Shown piece after piece: positions 25,171-37,615 of a stretch of 64,000 bases of DNA. The stretch lies in NCBI RefSeq assembly GCF_008831285.2, contig NC_045138.2, positions 7,502,001 to 7,566,000 on the forward strand. The letters run 5' to 3'. This DNA comes from Nymphaea colorata (Eukaryota). Position numbers and translations under genes: made by a program. A model generated the notes under the pieces. That model had not been told where the DNA came from and did not search any database. It worked only from the letters and a program-made list of their open reading frames with translations. Every line of letters begins with the position of its first letter. The stretch's first letter is position 1.

Positions 25171-27274
25171 TATTCAAGCACGAATCAACCCCGAACTCAA
25201 CATTGAAAGAGCTCCCTGTGCAAAAGGGCGATTTTCCTGTGGCCCTGCTCTTCACTTCACCGTCGGTGTCTCCGATGACCATTCACTGCCAAAACACTCA
25301 GATGGGACCTCTGGCATATGCCGGTTCAAATGAGCCCAAGCCCATCCTTGGAGTTAATCTCTGACGACCAGAATCTTTAGATTCCAGGTTGACCCTCTTT
25401 TCTACCAAGGAAATCACGACATCCCTGTTTGTCTAATCACTGTCGCCGGCCCCGGTGTCTGTTCGCCAAAACGCTCAGGACAAAGCTTCAGGTCATTGGG
25501 GTTCCAAGGAGCCCAAGCTTGACCAGAGCCGTGGTCAGTGCCAAAGAGAATTAAGAGAACTTCGGCTGCCCCTTTTCTTGCAGAAACTAAGGTGCTCTCG
25601 CTACGCTTATGAAAGGACGACCCCAACTTTCACTACAATCGTTCCTCTGCTTGGTGTTGTTACCACCAGCAACCACTCACCGTGACATCATTCAGGCAGA
25701 GACTCCGAGATTTTGCGGTTCCAACAGGCCTAGGTTAGATTGGCGTGGTGGTTAGTGTCGGTTGGAATCGTGAGATTTTCGTCTGCTTGTACTGCTGTTG
25801 CCTGTTTTGGGCAGGAAGAGCTTCAACCACCGCCGACGTCGATTCCAGCGACCATCTACGTTCCAAGTGCTCAGACGGTCTCCCCAGCCTGAGGCGACCG
25901 TGCTGTACCTTGTTTCAGCCAGAGACATGCTGGACGTCGGTCAGAATCCTTAGATTCCTGACCATCCCTAATTCTGTCACAAACCATCTACTGCTAAGTT
26001 CACCAGCAACAACGCCCTGCACCCGTGGCAGGTCGAGCAAGAGCTGCGGAAGACGACTCTAGCATCCCCAAATTGCTCTCTCTCTTTGGAATTCATGTTG
26101 GTCTAGTGAGGTTTCCAAGCTTTATCCTAGATTTCAGGTGTTCTTTCTATATGATTTGAACTATGTTTGTTGTGCTCTGCTATTGACTTGCAACTCCTAG
26201 CGACATCGAGTTCCCCTGCATGACAGCTTCACACCTCAGGCACAGGCGACCATGCTATGGTGTTGTCGTTTCCATTGTTACTACTAAATAGCTGCTGCAG
26301 TTAGAGCACCCCAGGCGATGTCACTTTAGGCAGGGCTTGGGAGGCCGTAAATTCTTCACGGCTGCTGCTAATCATTAGAGCCGAGCTTGCTTGACTAGTA
26401 AAACTCTGATCACCCTATAGATTAGGAAATGGTGCATTTCTAGTTTTAGCCGACCATTGGCCTTACGATTGTCGGAGAGCTCCTCCAAAGCGCGTAGCAC
26501 TAAGGACACAACCTCGGGTCAAGCAGCTTGTCCTAAGGTGGGTGTGGATTGGCCAATCTAGGCATCCATGCAAATGGATTGGGGTGAGCTATGATAGTTT
26601 TAATCATTTGTATCACTCGCACATTTTTAAACTTTAATGTTTGAGCTCCTGAACTGATTGGCTAGAGTATATTGTGGTGAGCTTTGGGCTGGGTTGATCT
26701 ATAATTCACTTCCACAGGGAATCAGTTAAGGCTGCTGTCCGACAGGGAAGAAAACTTGTAAGGGCCTTGACCCCTGTGAGCACTAGCTAGGTGAGATATT
26801 GGAAGGATAGTTCTTGGTGCCGAGCCGCCTCGTCAACCACTCAGCGGCACCCTCAGCTAGAACAGCCTTGACAAAGTTGATTTCATGCAACCCTCCCCCT
26901 GGTCGGCTAGGGTGGCCAAGAGATGCCCTGCAGCACAAGAATGAGATGCAAGGCCGGGCGGGCATCAGATAGATTGGAGTGAGCTGTGAGAGTTTTGATA
27001 ATTTGTATCACTCGCACATTTGTAAGCCTTTAAGGCCTAAACTCCTGGACTGATCGGCTAGAGTATCTTGTGGTGAGCTTTGGGCTGGGGCGATTTGTAA
27101 TTCACTTCCACGAGAAATCAGTTAGGGCTGCTGTCCAGCAGAAAAGAAAACTTGTAATGGCCTTGACCCCCATGAGCACTCGCTAGGCAAGATCTTGGGA
27201 AGGATAGTTGTTGGTGCCGAGCCACCTCGTTGACCACTTGGCGGCACCCTCGGCTAGACCTGCCCTAACAAAGT

Positions 27275-27461
27275 TGGTATCAGAGCCGCCTAGCACATTG
27301 AGCAGCAAACAAGGCCTTGCGTAGACCTTCCACTACCAATGCGGCTCTGATACCCTGTCAGTTGGTATCAGAGCAAAGCCTACCACAGTGAACAAGGCCC
27401 AACGTATATCATTGCACTTCCAACGCAGCTCTGATACCCTAACGAAGTTGGTATTAGAGCC
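27275..27461 (+). repeat. Array of 3 iMet PBS motifs alternating with 2 anti-PBS motifs
   Basis: TGGTATCAGAGCCGC (27275), GCGGCTCTGATACC (27341), TGGTATCAGAGC (27363), GCTCTGATACC (27428), TGGTATTAGAGCC (27449). Confidence 0.9.
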
Positions 27462-29032
27462 ACCGTCTAGCAGTGATCTAATTGGAGCGACGTTCAGCAC
27501 TTCAGCATCAGGGCAAAATAGCTAACATTGGGGTGATTGTCGCAACGACTAGTCTGAAATTTGGTCGACGATTTGGTTAGGATCTGTCCTGAGATCAGTG
27601 ACACACAGCTATTGAAATGGGAGATCCTTGGATCAACTTGAGTAGGTCGATCCCTACATCAGCATAAGGACTGTGGCTATTGCGCTCAGCATAGCCAATT
27701 GGTGACCGAGCCCCAAGCACATTGCCGAGGTGCTTAGAGAGCGCGGCAAGCAGGTTCCCGTTAGGACCCGGCTGAGAAAGGGTTAGCTTTCGAGGCGCAA
27801 AGCAGGTGCGGTAGTAGTCATTCCCCCATTCACCTCCAGTAAGAGAAAGACCAAAGTCAGCGTGTTCACATCCCTGTGGACACGCACGCCACCGTCGATG
27901 CCATAAGAGCATGGTGACGAGAGGCTAGCGAACTGCCCCCATAGTCTAGACCGTGTCCGGCAGAACAGTTCCTGCCAGGGCACAGTCGGGAAACCACGAT
28001 TATCTATGCCTTGGAGCAAGGCAGTAGTGCTGCAAGGGCTTCGAGCGTGACATGGGCAGACTCCTAACACGAGGAGGTGGCTTCTGGTGAGAGAGGAGGC
28101 AAGGCCAGCTTAGCTTCGCACGAAGCAAGGGATCAGAATCTCTCCTTGGGCAGGAGACTTACAGCCTGATCATCTTGGCCAACAAGATCGACTGGAGCAT
28201 TTGGGAATCATGGTGGGATGCGCGGGGACCCACTCTAGACAAGGCCCCCATCAACAAATTGGCGCTGCACCACCCTGGGCACTTAGACCAACCAGCAGCC
28301 GGTGGGGAATGGCTGGACCCCTAGCAGGCACTGTCTTGGGTGGCCGAACCCCACTCGAGACAGCCGGTAGATGAGCAGCCAGTCACACGAGCCAGAGGAG
28401 GCTCATGAAGAGATCCCATCAGTAGGCTATTCTCCTTCCCCTAGCAGCTTGCTGCTTGATGACACCAACAGAGGGAAAGAGCTCCATGTGGCCCAAACGG
28501 AGCAGACAGGGCTACCCTGAGCAGGGCCAAATGTCATTCCCCATCAGCAGCCGGATTTTACTTCAAATAGTATAAACTTTATTCAACAAAAACATTCAAA
28601 TCATAACCAGAATTCTAGTTAAGGCAAAAGACATTGACATTCCTTATCAATTTTGTTTCATTGTGTTCATTTTTCTTTATATCAACACATCCAAATCCCC
28701 TAACTGTTTTGATTCTCTTCAAGTGAAGGCCAAGGGACATACTATGATGTCTGTTTTGCAAGACATAGTGACACATTTACTCATCACATTCAAATTCACT
28801 AACTTTATCGAAAATGTATCATATAAAAGTGAAGACAGACCTTCTTTTGGAGGGCACATTTAAGAATAAGGAGATTATTGATTTTACATGCACAGATAGG
28901 AGAACCATTATTTGTTGCATTAATTTTCACACTTCTTCATTTCATGTGCAAGAACACATAAAATAACAAAAATTACATAAGCATACATAGATGTTGCTAA
29001 CCATTTTTAGGTCTTGGTCAGTTTTGAGGCTT

Positions 29033-29143
29033 CCACTTTAAAAGTCATTTCTAAGTTTCAATTTTAAAGACATGTTAAGAACAACACTCCCACTTTGAAA
29101 GTCATTTCTAAGTTTCGATTTTAAAGACATGTTAAGAACAACA
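29033..29143. repeat. 57-bp tandem duplication
   Basis: CCACTT.AAAAGTCATTTCTAAGTTTC.ATTTTAAAGACATGTTAAGAACAACA occurs twice. Confidence 0.85.
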
Positions 29144-31392
29144 AAGAGGAATTTAAATCAGCATTAGATATTTGCAACACTAGCAATATCATGTCAAGAC
29201 ATCTCCAATAAAATTCTAAAACACTACTTAGAAGCAAGGAGATATCAATTTTAAATTTCAAATATTGAATTTCCTTTTTTATTTTCAAAACTATTTTCAG
29301 AACCGTCTTTTCAGACCTTTATGCAATTGTACATAAAGCCTCGGTTTTCTGCCGAAATTGCAAAATAAATTTCAGAACCCTCTTTCAGCAATTTATAATA
29401 AATCCAAGGGTATCTCTTTGCAATTTTGTATAAAATCTCGGGTTTTCACTGAATTAACTTTCACAAGCCTCTTTTGGAAAAAGTTTTCAGCAAAATGTTG
29501 CTGCTTTAATTTGCAATAAATTTGATAGCCGTTGTGAAACGTTTGCTAATAATGTGGACTAAATTTGTAATTTTTTAATTTTGAGTCTAAATTCAGCCCT
29601 AATCGATTTTTTTTTTATTTTTTCCGCTCGAGCTGCTGTTGTTGCCTCTGCAAGCAAGTTGACGTTCTCTATGAGGGAGATGATCTGTGCTACAGCCGGC
29701 GACCAGCAAAAACCCTAGAGAACTCTCACACCAGGTTGGGTTTCTGGGTCGCTGCGTGAAGGAAGTCTAAACCCTCTACTCTGGGTCTGGTTCGATGCCG
29801 GAGAAGAACCAGATGAGCAATGGCAAATACGGTCGACCTGCGACCAGTGCATGGTAAATCCTTTTCATCTACAGCTTGGGTCAAGCAATATAAAAAAAAA
29901 AACAATCGAAGTTTCATCCAGTGAGCGGCAGATACTTGAGTTCAGAGCGGCGGATGAGCCAATAGTCGGCCTCAATGGAGCGATAGGCAGTGGTCTACTG
30001 GCGAAGAACAAAAAATGAAACAAAATGGCAGAGGTAGTTTCTTTCTCTCGCTCTTATGCGTGTTTCAGGCCAGACCCTCAATAAGGGTCCTAAAAAAATT
30101 TCTTTATCCATTCCAGATTCTGCATTGTCTCTACATCTTTTTAGGTTGTTACTACGCATGTACCGTCTTGTCTAATATCACCTAGCATCATTTAACATTC
30201 AAGCGATATGTTCTAAGCAGCATACAGGAAAACGAGAAGATATGTGTATTATGCGTAGAGACAGAGTTCATACATCAAAGGCACCACCAAAGTTCAGACT
30301 AAACTTACTTGAGTTTAAAGAACAAGGCTTTGATACCAATGTTCGATCTTTAGCAGCGGAATGGCGACTTTGTTCAACTTTGTATATGTACAGCAACACA
30401 CTGTCTGTAGCAGCAAGTGAGAGGCAGCTAGTGTTGTGAGATTTGTGGAGGAAGATTGACATCAAGATTGGCAAGCATATCAAGAGTATCCTGCTGTTAC
30501 GATTGAACAGATAAGGGAAAGAAATCTTCCCTAATTCTTTGCATAACCATTCTCTTGGTTATTGCCAAAATCAAAGTGTATAAATTCCCCATCTCTCTTT
30601 GAATGTAAACAGAGCAGTGAAATAAAAAGGGGATAGTCTTCTTCTTCCTCCGTGGATGTAGGCCTAGTGCCGAACCACGTAAACTCTTGTTGTTCTCCCT
30701 GTTTCTCTTATGGTTTTCAACATGGTATCAGAGCAGGTTATGTAATCCTGCTGGAAGTTTTTTTTTGCTGTTTTTGGAGCGTTGGGTGTTTCACGTTTGT
30801 GGGAGATCTGAAAGTGTCTCTGCTGCAACGTCTGCCCTTTCCAAGCAAAAAAACGACGTTCGACCCTGATCTTTCAAATTTGGGTGTTATCTCCTCAAGC
30901 TATCTCACATCGCCAGATTATACAAGAAGCATTTCTGGATCGTTGCAGAGTTTGCAGTCCGGTGCTCGACCAAAAATTGACATCGGTGCCGGCAGAACCG
31001 TGGTCTTTTTCCAGCCGCTTATCCATAGTGCTCTGTTTCGGCATATGATAGCTGAACTGTGTCGGTGATTAAAACAGAGGAATCACCGACTCTTGTACAA
31101 GGTGTTTCAAACCCACGGCGTTGATCTCTCTAGCATCTTCCACCGTCGAGCAGGAGTCCAGCAGTTTGCCTAGTTCCTGCAGATCCTTATGCATAATTTC
31201 AGAATTTATAAAGTTGTGAGGAAGGAGCTCTGGTTTTTCATATTTCCGCCTGGTCTTTCCGAGAAGTCTGCTACAACCGGCATTTGGAATCCTTTTTTCT
31301 TTGGTCTTCTGAATTCTCTGCTGCACCAAGGTTGGTTCTTCTGGTATCTCTTCCTATATTTGATCAACTTCTGTCATTTCTTGGTTAAAATC

Positions 31393-34300
31393 ATGGCAAG
31401 CGAACAACAAAGACAAGAAAATACAGAAAACTCCAGACGCCTCAATTACAACGAGCAAGTTAGCCAACCTCTGAAAATCACCAATATTCTCTTGAATGGT
31501 GCAAATTACTTGAGTTGGGCAAAGGCGGCTCGATTATTTTTAAGCGGTCGATCCAAAATCGGCTACATAAACGGAAAGATCAGTCCTCCAGACAGTTCGG
31601 ATCCTAAATTTGATGATTGGCAATCTGAAAATGATATGGTAATGTCATGACTTATCAACTCTATGGAGCCTTTTATTTCAAATTTATTTATGTATCAAGA
31701 AACTACAAAAGAGGTTTGGGATGATTTAAAACAACTCTTCTCCGAACTAATCTCGCACGAGTTTATCAAATCCAAGTCGAGATCTCCAACCTTATGAAGG
31801 GTGAAAAGCCGTTGAATCTTTACATAAGAAAACTCAAAAGCCGATTTGATGAACTTATGCAATATAGGCCTGCTACGACTAATCCTGATACATACAAAAT
31901 TCGATTTGAAGAAGACAAATTATTTAAGCTGCTGGCTGGATAGGAGCTGAATATGAGGGTATTAGGAGTCAAATCCTTAATACTACTTCTCTTCCCAACT
32001 TCAATAACGTCTGTCAAATGATACAAAGGGAGGCTGCACGAAGACAAGTTATGAATTCCAACACCAAAACTGAGAATCCTGAAGAAAGCAATGAAAAAAT
32101 GGCATATGTTGCTCAAGCCGATTATGCCAAAGGAGATCAGAAACTCCCGAATGTCAACAAGCCTTCCAATGCCAAATTCAGCTATCAGAAAGGAAGAAAC
32201 AAATTTCGGTGCACCCACTGCAAGCGATCTGGGCACACCCGTGAAAAATGCTGGGAGCTGGTTGGAAAACCCACAAGAGATAAAGCAATGGCTTCCACCA
32301 ACTCTGACTCAGCCAACTTCGTTACCAAGGACGATCTTGAGAAATTCTTTCAAAAGTTTGCCAAGACAAATTTAATTTCATCTCAGCACGTCAACAATTC
32401 TAAAGGTAATAACTTTGCTTTGACTACTACTTTAAATCGTTCTATATGGGTCATTGATACAGGAGCTATCGATCATATGTCTAATGACATAACAAAATTG
32501 ATCAACCTTGACAAAACAAATAAACGACCTGTTTTTACTGCTGATGGATCCGTAATTACTGCTGAAGGATACAGTGAAACTAGATTCTTTGAAAGGAGGC
32601 AGAAATCTCAAGTTTTATATATTCATAAACTATCAGCATGTAAGCAAATTAACCAAGTCTTGTGATTGTCTGGCTGTTTTTTCCTCAAAGTATGTAATAT
32701 TTCAGGATCGTGTGACGAAACTGGAGATTGGTAGAGGGCACGAGCAGAATGGGTTGTACGTGATGGAAGAAGATAACTGCAGTTTCATGGTGAATGACCA
32801 GCAAGATAGAAGTTCTCATTACTGGTCCTGGCACGCCAGACTTGGTCATATCTCTGACCAAAATTTAACTCGTCTTATTCCTCATCTTACAGTTGAAAAT
32901 ACTTCATGTGATGCTTGTGAATTTTCTAAATCCACGAGACTACCATTTCAATCTTCTACTGAAAAGTCTAATGCAATTTTTGATTTAGTTCACTCAGATG
33001 TTTGGGGACCAGCCCCAGAAGCATCTTATTTTGGATTTAGATATTATGTTTCATTTATTGATGATAAGACTCGCATGACTTGGTTGTTTTTTCTCAAGTA
33101 TAAGAGTGAAGTTTTCAGTGCTTTTCAAGAATTTTTCAAGATGGTACATACTCAATATGGAGTAAAAATTAAAAAACTTCGCTGGAGGCGAATATGTGAA
33201 TGATGCTCTTGAAAACTTTCTAAAAGTAGAAGGAATACAACCTCAGTACTCTTGTGCAGGTACCCCACAACAGAATGGAGTTGCCGAACAAAAAAATAGG
33301 CAACTACTGAATATTGCTCGATCTCTTATGATACATATGCATGTTCTGCTTCGTTTTTGGAATGACACTGTAGCTACAACATGTTATATTGCCAACAGGG
33401 TATCAAGTTCTAGCATTGAAAATCAAGTTCTTATAGAACTTCTTCTCAATAGAAAAGTATCTATAAAGCATTTTAAAGTGTTCGGATGTAAGTGTTATGC
33501 TCATATACAAGAAAAATTTAGGAACAAATTTGAAAAACATGTTGTCAAATGTATCTTCCTCGGCTATTCTAGTAGAAAGAAGGGGTACAAGTGTTATGAT
33601 CCAACTACTAAAAAATTACTTATATCTCGTGATGTGAAGTTTTTTGAACAGGAGTCCTTCTTTGATGCCCAAAGAAAGGGGGAGATGAACATCAAGCAGT
33701 CCACAATTGAAAACAACAATAAAGCTCTGTATGCAAGCGAGAAGCCTGTATTGCCATTAGTTGAAATTGGCACTGAAATTCCTTTCACCAGACAGTTTCA
33801 TTTTGAATCAAATCAAAGCACCTCAAATGTTGTGTCCTTGCCTACACCCTTGTCTCTACTACAAATAATTCAACAACCTAATACCGACACCAATCCTGTC
33901 ACTCCTCCCACTGAATCCAATTCCAACTTGAGCAACTCAAGCCAAACCTCTCAAGAAAACTCCATTAGACGATCCACTCGCCCTACTAGACCACCAACCA
34001 AGTTTAGTGACTATTACACTTATCTTACAATAAACAAAGACCACTCCATAGACCAATACCTGTCATTTGAAAACTTGCCCATTCACTATAAATCCTATAT
34101 CATAAATGCATATTCCCAACATGAACCAAAAACCTATGAGGAGGCTAATTCCGATCCAGAATGGCAAAATGCAATGAAAGAGGAGCTTGCGGCACTAACA
34201 AAAAATCAGACTTGGGATCTAGTTCCTTTACCTGATGGTAAAAAGTTGGCTGGATGCAAGTGGGTTTATCGAATAAAATATAACAGTGATGGAAGTGTAG

Positions 34301-35524
34301 ACCGACATTGACTATACTGAAACCTTTGCCCCTGTTGCAAAGATGAGCTCTGTCCGAACTTTGATTTCAGTAGCAGCAAACAAGAGATGGCCTCTGACTT
34401 TGCTTGATGTCAAAAATGCTTTTCTGCATGGGGAACTCAATGAAGAAGTTTATATGGAGGCTCCAAAAGGAATAAAAAATGAGCACAAGCATGTTTGTAA
34501 GTTAAAAAAGGCTCTATACGGGTTGAAACAGTCTCCACGAGCTTGGTTTTCTCGTCTCCGTGATGCTCTTGTTAAAATGGGTTTCAAAAGAAGCAGTGCT
34601 GATCATACTATGTTTACGTCTTTGAAAAATTCTAAAATTTGTATTATCTTGGTTTATGTGGACGACATAATAATGACAGGTGATGATATTGACTTTATGC
34701 CACGCGTGAAGGATTATCTCAATCGGCTCTTTGAAATAAAAGATTTGGAAATACTAAGATTCTTCTTAGGAATTGAAGTTGCTCACTCAAATAAAGGAGT
34801 TTTCCTCTGTCAAAGGAAATATACATTAGATCTGTTGAAAGAAACTGGATGCTTAGGTACCAAACCTGCAGAGACTCCTCTTGAAGTCAACTGTAAATTA
34901 AAGAAGGATGAAGGTGAACTTGTCGAGAATGTTCAAAGCTTTCATAAACTTGTTGGTAAGCTCATATATTTGACTGTTACAAGACCAGACATATCTTATG
35001 CTATAAGTCTTATTAACCAGTTCATGCACTCTCCTAGGTCATCTCATGTTGAAGCTGCTCATAAAATCTTGAGATATTTGAAACGATGTCCTGAAAAAGG
35101 GATTTTGATGAAACGTGATCTGACACTTGATGTTGTGGGTTATACTGATGCAGACTGGGCATGGGATCCAAATGATAGAAGATCTACTTCTGGTTTTTGT
35201 ACCTTTGTTGGAGGTATTCTCGTAACTTGGATTAAAGCTCTTTTGAAGGATATAAATATTGATGTGCAAGGACCTATAAAGTTTATATGCGACAATATGA
35301 CTGCAATCTATATCGGGGCAAATCCAGTTTTTCACGAAAGGACTAAACACATTGAAATTGACTATCACTTCATCAGAGAAAATATTCAAGATGAAACTAT
35401 CGAAACATGTCATGTCAAAAGTGAAAATCAGTTGGCTGATATTTTCACAAAAAGTATAGCATGTGAGAAACATTAAGGCATTGTAAACAAGTTGGGACAG
35501 ATTGATATCTGTCCTCCAACTTGA
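31393..35524 (+). pseudogene. Copia-B gag-pol, disrupted
   Basis: LNGANYLSWAKA, CTHCKRSGHTREKC, WVIDTGAIDHMS, WHARLGH, HSDVWGP, PQQNGVAE, YVDDIIMTG, DADWA, ADIFTK; stops, frameshifts and two internal deletions. Confidence 0.95.
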
Positions 35525-35697
35525 GGGGGAGATTGTTGCGAGATTTGTGGAGGAAGATTGACAACAAGATCGGCAAGCATATCAAGAGGCATTGTAAACA
35601 AGTTGGGACAGATTGATATCTGTCCTCCAACTTGAGGGGGAGATTGTTGCGAGATTTGTGGAGGAAGATTGACAACAAGATCGGCAAGCATATCAAG
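35476..35697 (+). repeat. Perfect 111-bp tandem duplication covering pol end, PPT and first 53 bp of the 3' LTR
   Basis: AGGCATTGTAAAC...GCAAGCATATCAAG at 35476-35586 and 35587-35697. Confidence 0.95.
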
Positions 35698-36110
35698 AGT
35701 ATCCTGCTGTTACGATTGAACAGATAAGGGAAAGAAATCTTCCCTAATTCTTTGCATAACCATTCTCTTGGTTATCGCCAAAATCAAAGTGTATAAATTC
35801 CCCTTCTCTCTTTGAATGTAAACAGAGCAGTGAAATAAAAAAGGGATATTCTTCTTCTTCCTCCGTGGACGTAGGCCTAGTGCCGAACCACGTAAACTCT
35901 TGTTGTTCTCCCTGTTTCTCTTATGGTTTTCAACAGCTAGCAGATCCTGTATTCATAGGCATAGGCAGATGAAAAAGAAGAAGAACCAGATGAATAGTTT
36001 TTGGGTTTGGTTCAAGGAGGCACAGGCTAAGCTAATCTTATGATTAACCTGAGTATAAAATAAGCTGGGCTTTTATAGACCGCCTCGTAGGTTTCCCAAT
36101 ACCCAGCAAC

Positions 36111-36230
36111 GGTTACGGCAAGAGGGATTTGTGGGCAGTTTTCCTACTTAATCTTGTAAGTGCAAGTGGGCCCTCTTGTAGTCATGCGATTAAATAAGAA
36201 AACTGCCCACAAATCCCTCTAGCCGTAACC
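36111..36230. repeat. Inverted repeat / hairpin (~43-bp arms), probable small TIR element
   Basis: GGTTACGGCAAGAGGGATTTGTGGGCAGTTTTCCTACTTAATC ... GATTAAATAAGAAAACTGCCCACAAATCCCTCTAGCCGTAACC. Confidence 0.8.
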
Positions 36231-36324
36231 TGGGCCTAGAACTCAGGGTCACTATCCAACACTCTGAGCTAGATATAACTAGTACAATGCTAGCCAAAAA
36301 GAAAAGGAATATATAAACATATAC

Positions 36325-36633
36325 CCTGATGAAGCTTGCATTGATATATCCATTTCCCATCAACTTGTTATCCTTTCTTGAGTCAAGAACAACTCTTGAA
36401 TCATCAACTGGAACAAGCAAATACCAGTCAATCACATCCACAGAAGGATCATCAAAAGACATAGAAAGAAAAAATCTAATGATACCCACCAAGGAAATTT
36501 ACTTTCTTGCTGGTTGCAAAAATGCTATAAGCCTATAATCTTCTGACATGGTAAAACATCTGTATAACGGGTTTTTTCTGAATTGGCAATTTCAAGAGCA
36601 ACCCTGCATCTCACTCTTTCTCAAACTGCTAGC
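36325..36633 (-). pseudogene. PTP1-like tyrosine phosphatase, two-exon fragment
   Basis: Exon ~36548-36633 (ASSLRKSEMQ..VALEIANSEKTRYTDVLP, 11-nt deletion relative to copy 2) and exon 36325-36407 (DDSRVVLDSRKDNKLMGNGYINASFIR), both with AG/GT borders. Confidence 0.85.
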
Positions 36634-37584
36634 CTCTCAAAGGACATCATCAGAAGAAAGTAGGTAAATTATTCACTATTGAAACCTTTACGAAAGAAAT
36701 ATAGGATCTCCTTCCACCATTTATCCAATCATCAAACACTTTTCCTATAGAATGTCAGTCCAAGACAGAAAAACACGCATGATCTGTATGAAAAGATAAA
36801 CACATGTGGGAAGCAAAGAACTAAGATACCAATGATTGTCACAATTTTAGAACCTAAATCACATGGATGGGAGTACAAGTGCGGATTCAGGTACAGCAGT
36901 ATGGTTTCAGACATTGCAAATTTGAAAATATAGATGCAGAGTATAGTTTGAGGCTAAGTCACATGGGGTACCTGGGAAATAGTGGAGTACCAGTATGGCA
37001 ATGTAACCATACTTGTGTATGGGTATGGAGGCACACCTGGGTATGATTTATTCATTAACTATTTACATTTTTATCTTTTGTGCAAATTCTGCTATGATTA
37101 CTTGTGATATTGTTTATGTCGTGACTTGTAAAAGATATTAAGCCACATAAATCTTCTAATAGTAGATTCATCAGCAGCTTCATTTTGCAGCATGACTATA
37201 TTGCTGGACAAGTGGCATTATATATTGTTTAGCAACTTATGGTCTATCTGACACGGTTACCTCTATTTGGGTGAGATACCAGTGCCGACACAGGTACGGG
37301 TATCTGTACACTCCTAGAAATCGTTAGACTTATGTTGGGTTTGGTCAACGCACCTATGGCCATATTTGTCTTTTTTTGGACTTGGTCAAAGCTGACCAAC
37401 CCCATTTTTGTCCACTAATTAATTTTTCTCATCAAATCATTGTGTAGATAAGATGAAAATGAAGAGTATACCACAGAAACTGAAGGGCCTCTTCTTGTTC
37501 TCTACACTCAAGACTTTCGGGCAAGATTCTCTGATGACTTAGTTTAATAAACATTTTATATTGTTTTGTTTGTGTTCAAAATCC

Positions 37585-37615
<31 letters not shown>

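Larger units (their letters stand above)
21700..28550 (+). mobile_element. Rearranged Gypsy-like LTR retrotransposon block (long LTR-like repeats, PBS cluster, decayed gag-like region)
   Basis: GC-richer block with diverged internal duplications (23551-24390 vs 25178-25985; 24440-24728 vs 26575-26882 vs 26970-27290). The latter units end in CCCTAACA-AAG-TTGGTA or a variant. PBS at 27275 and only faint gag-like similarity at 27600-28100. Boundaries approximate; no pol found. Confidence 0.55.
30432..35935 (+). mobile_element. Full-length Ty1/Copia LTR retrotransposon (decayed), element Copia-B
   Basis: 291-bp LTRs at 30432-30722 and 35645-35935 (TGTTG..CAACA, about 8 differences), TSD GCTAG (30427-30431, 35936-35940), PBS at 30723-30734, PPT TTGAGGGGGAGA. 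Confidence 0.97.

Noticed and set aside
27279..27436. True tRNA-iMet genes
   Set aside because: Only the acceptor-stem ends match; no D-arm, CAT anticodon arm or T-loop (A/B boxes) is recognisable.
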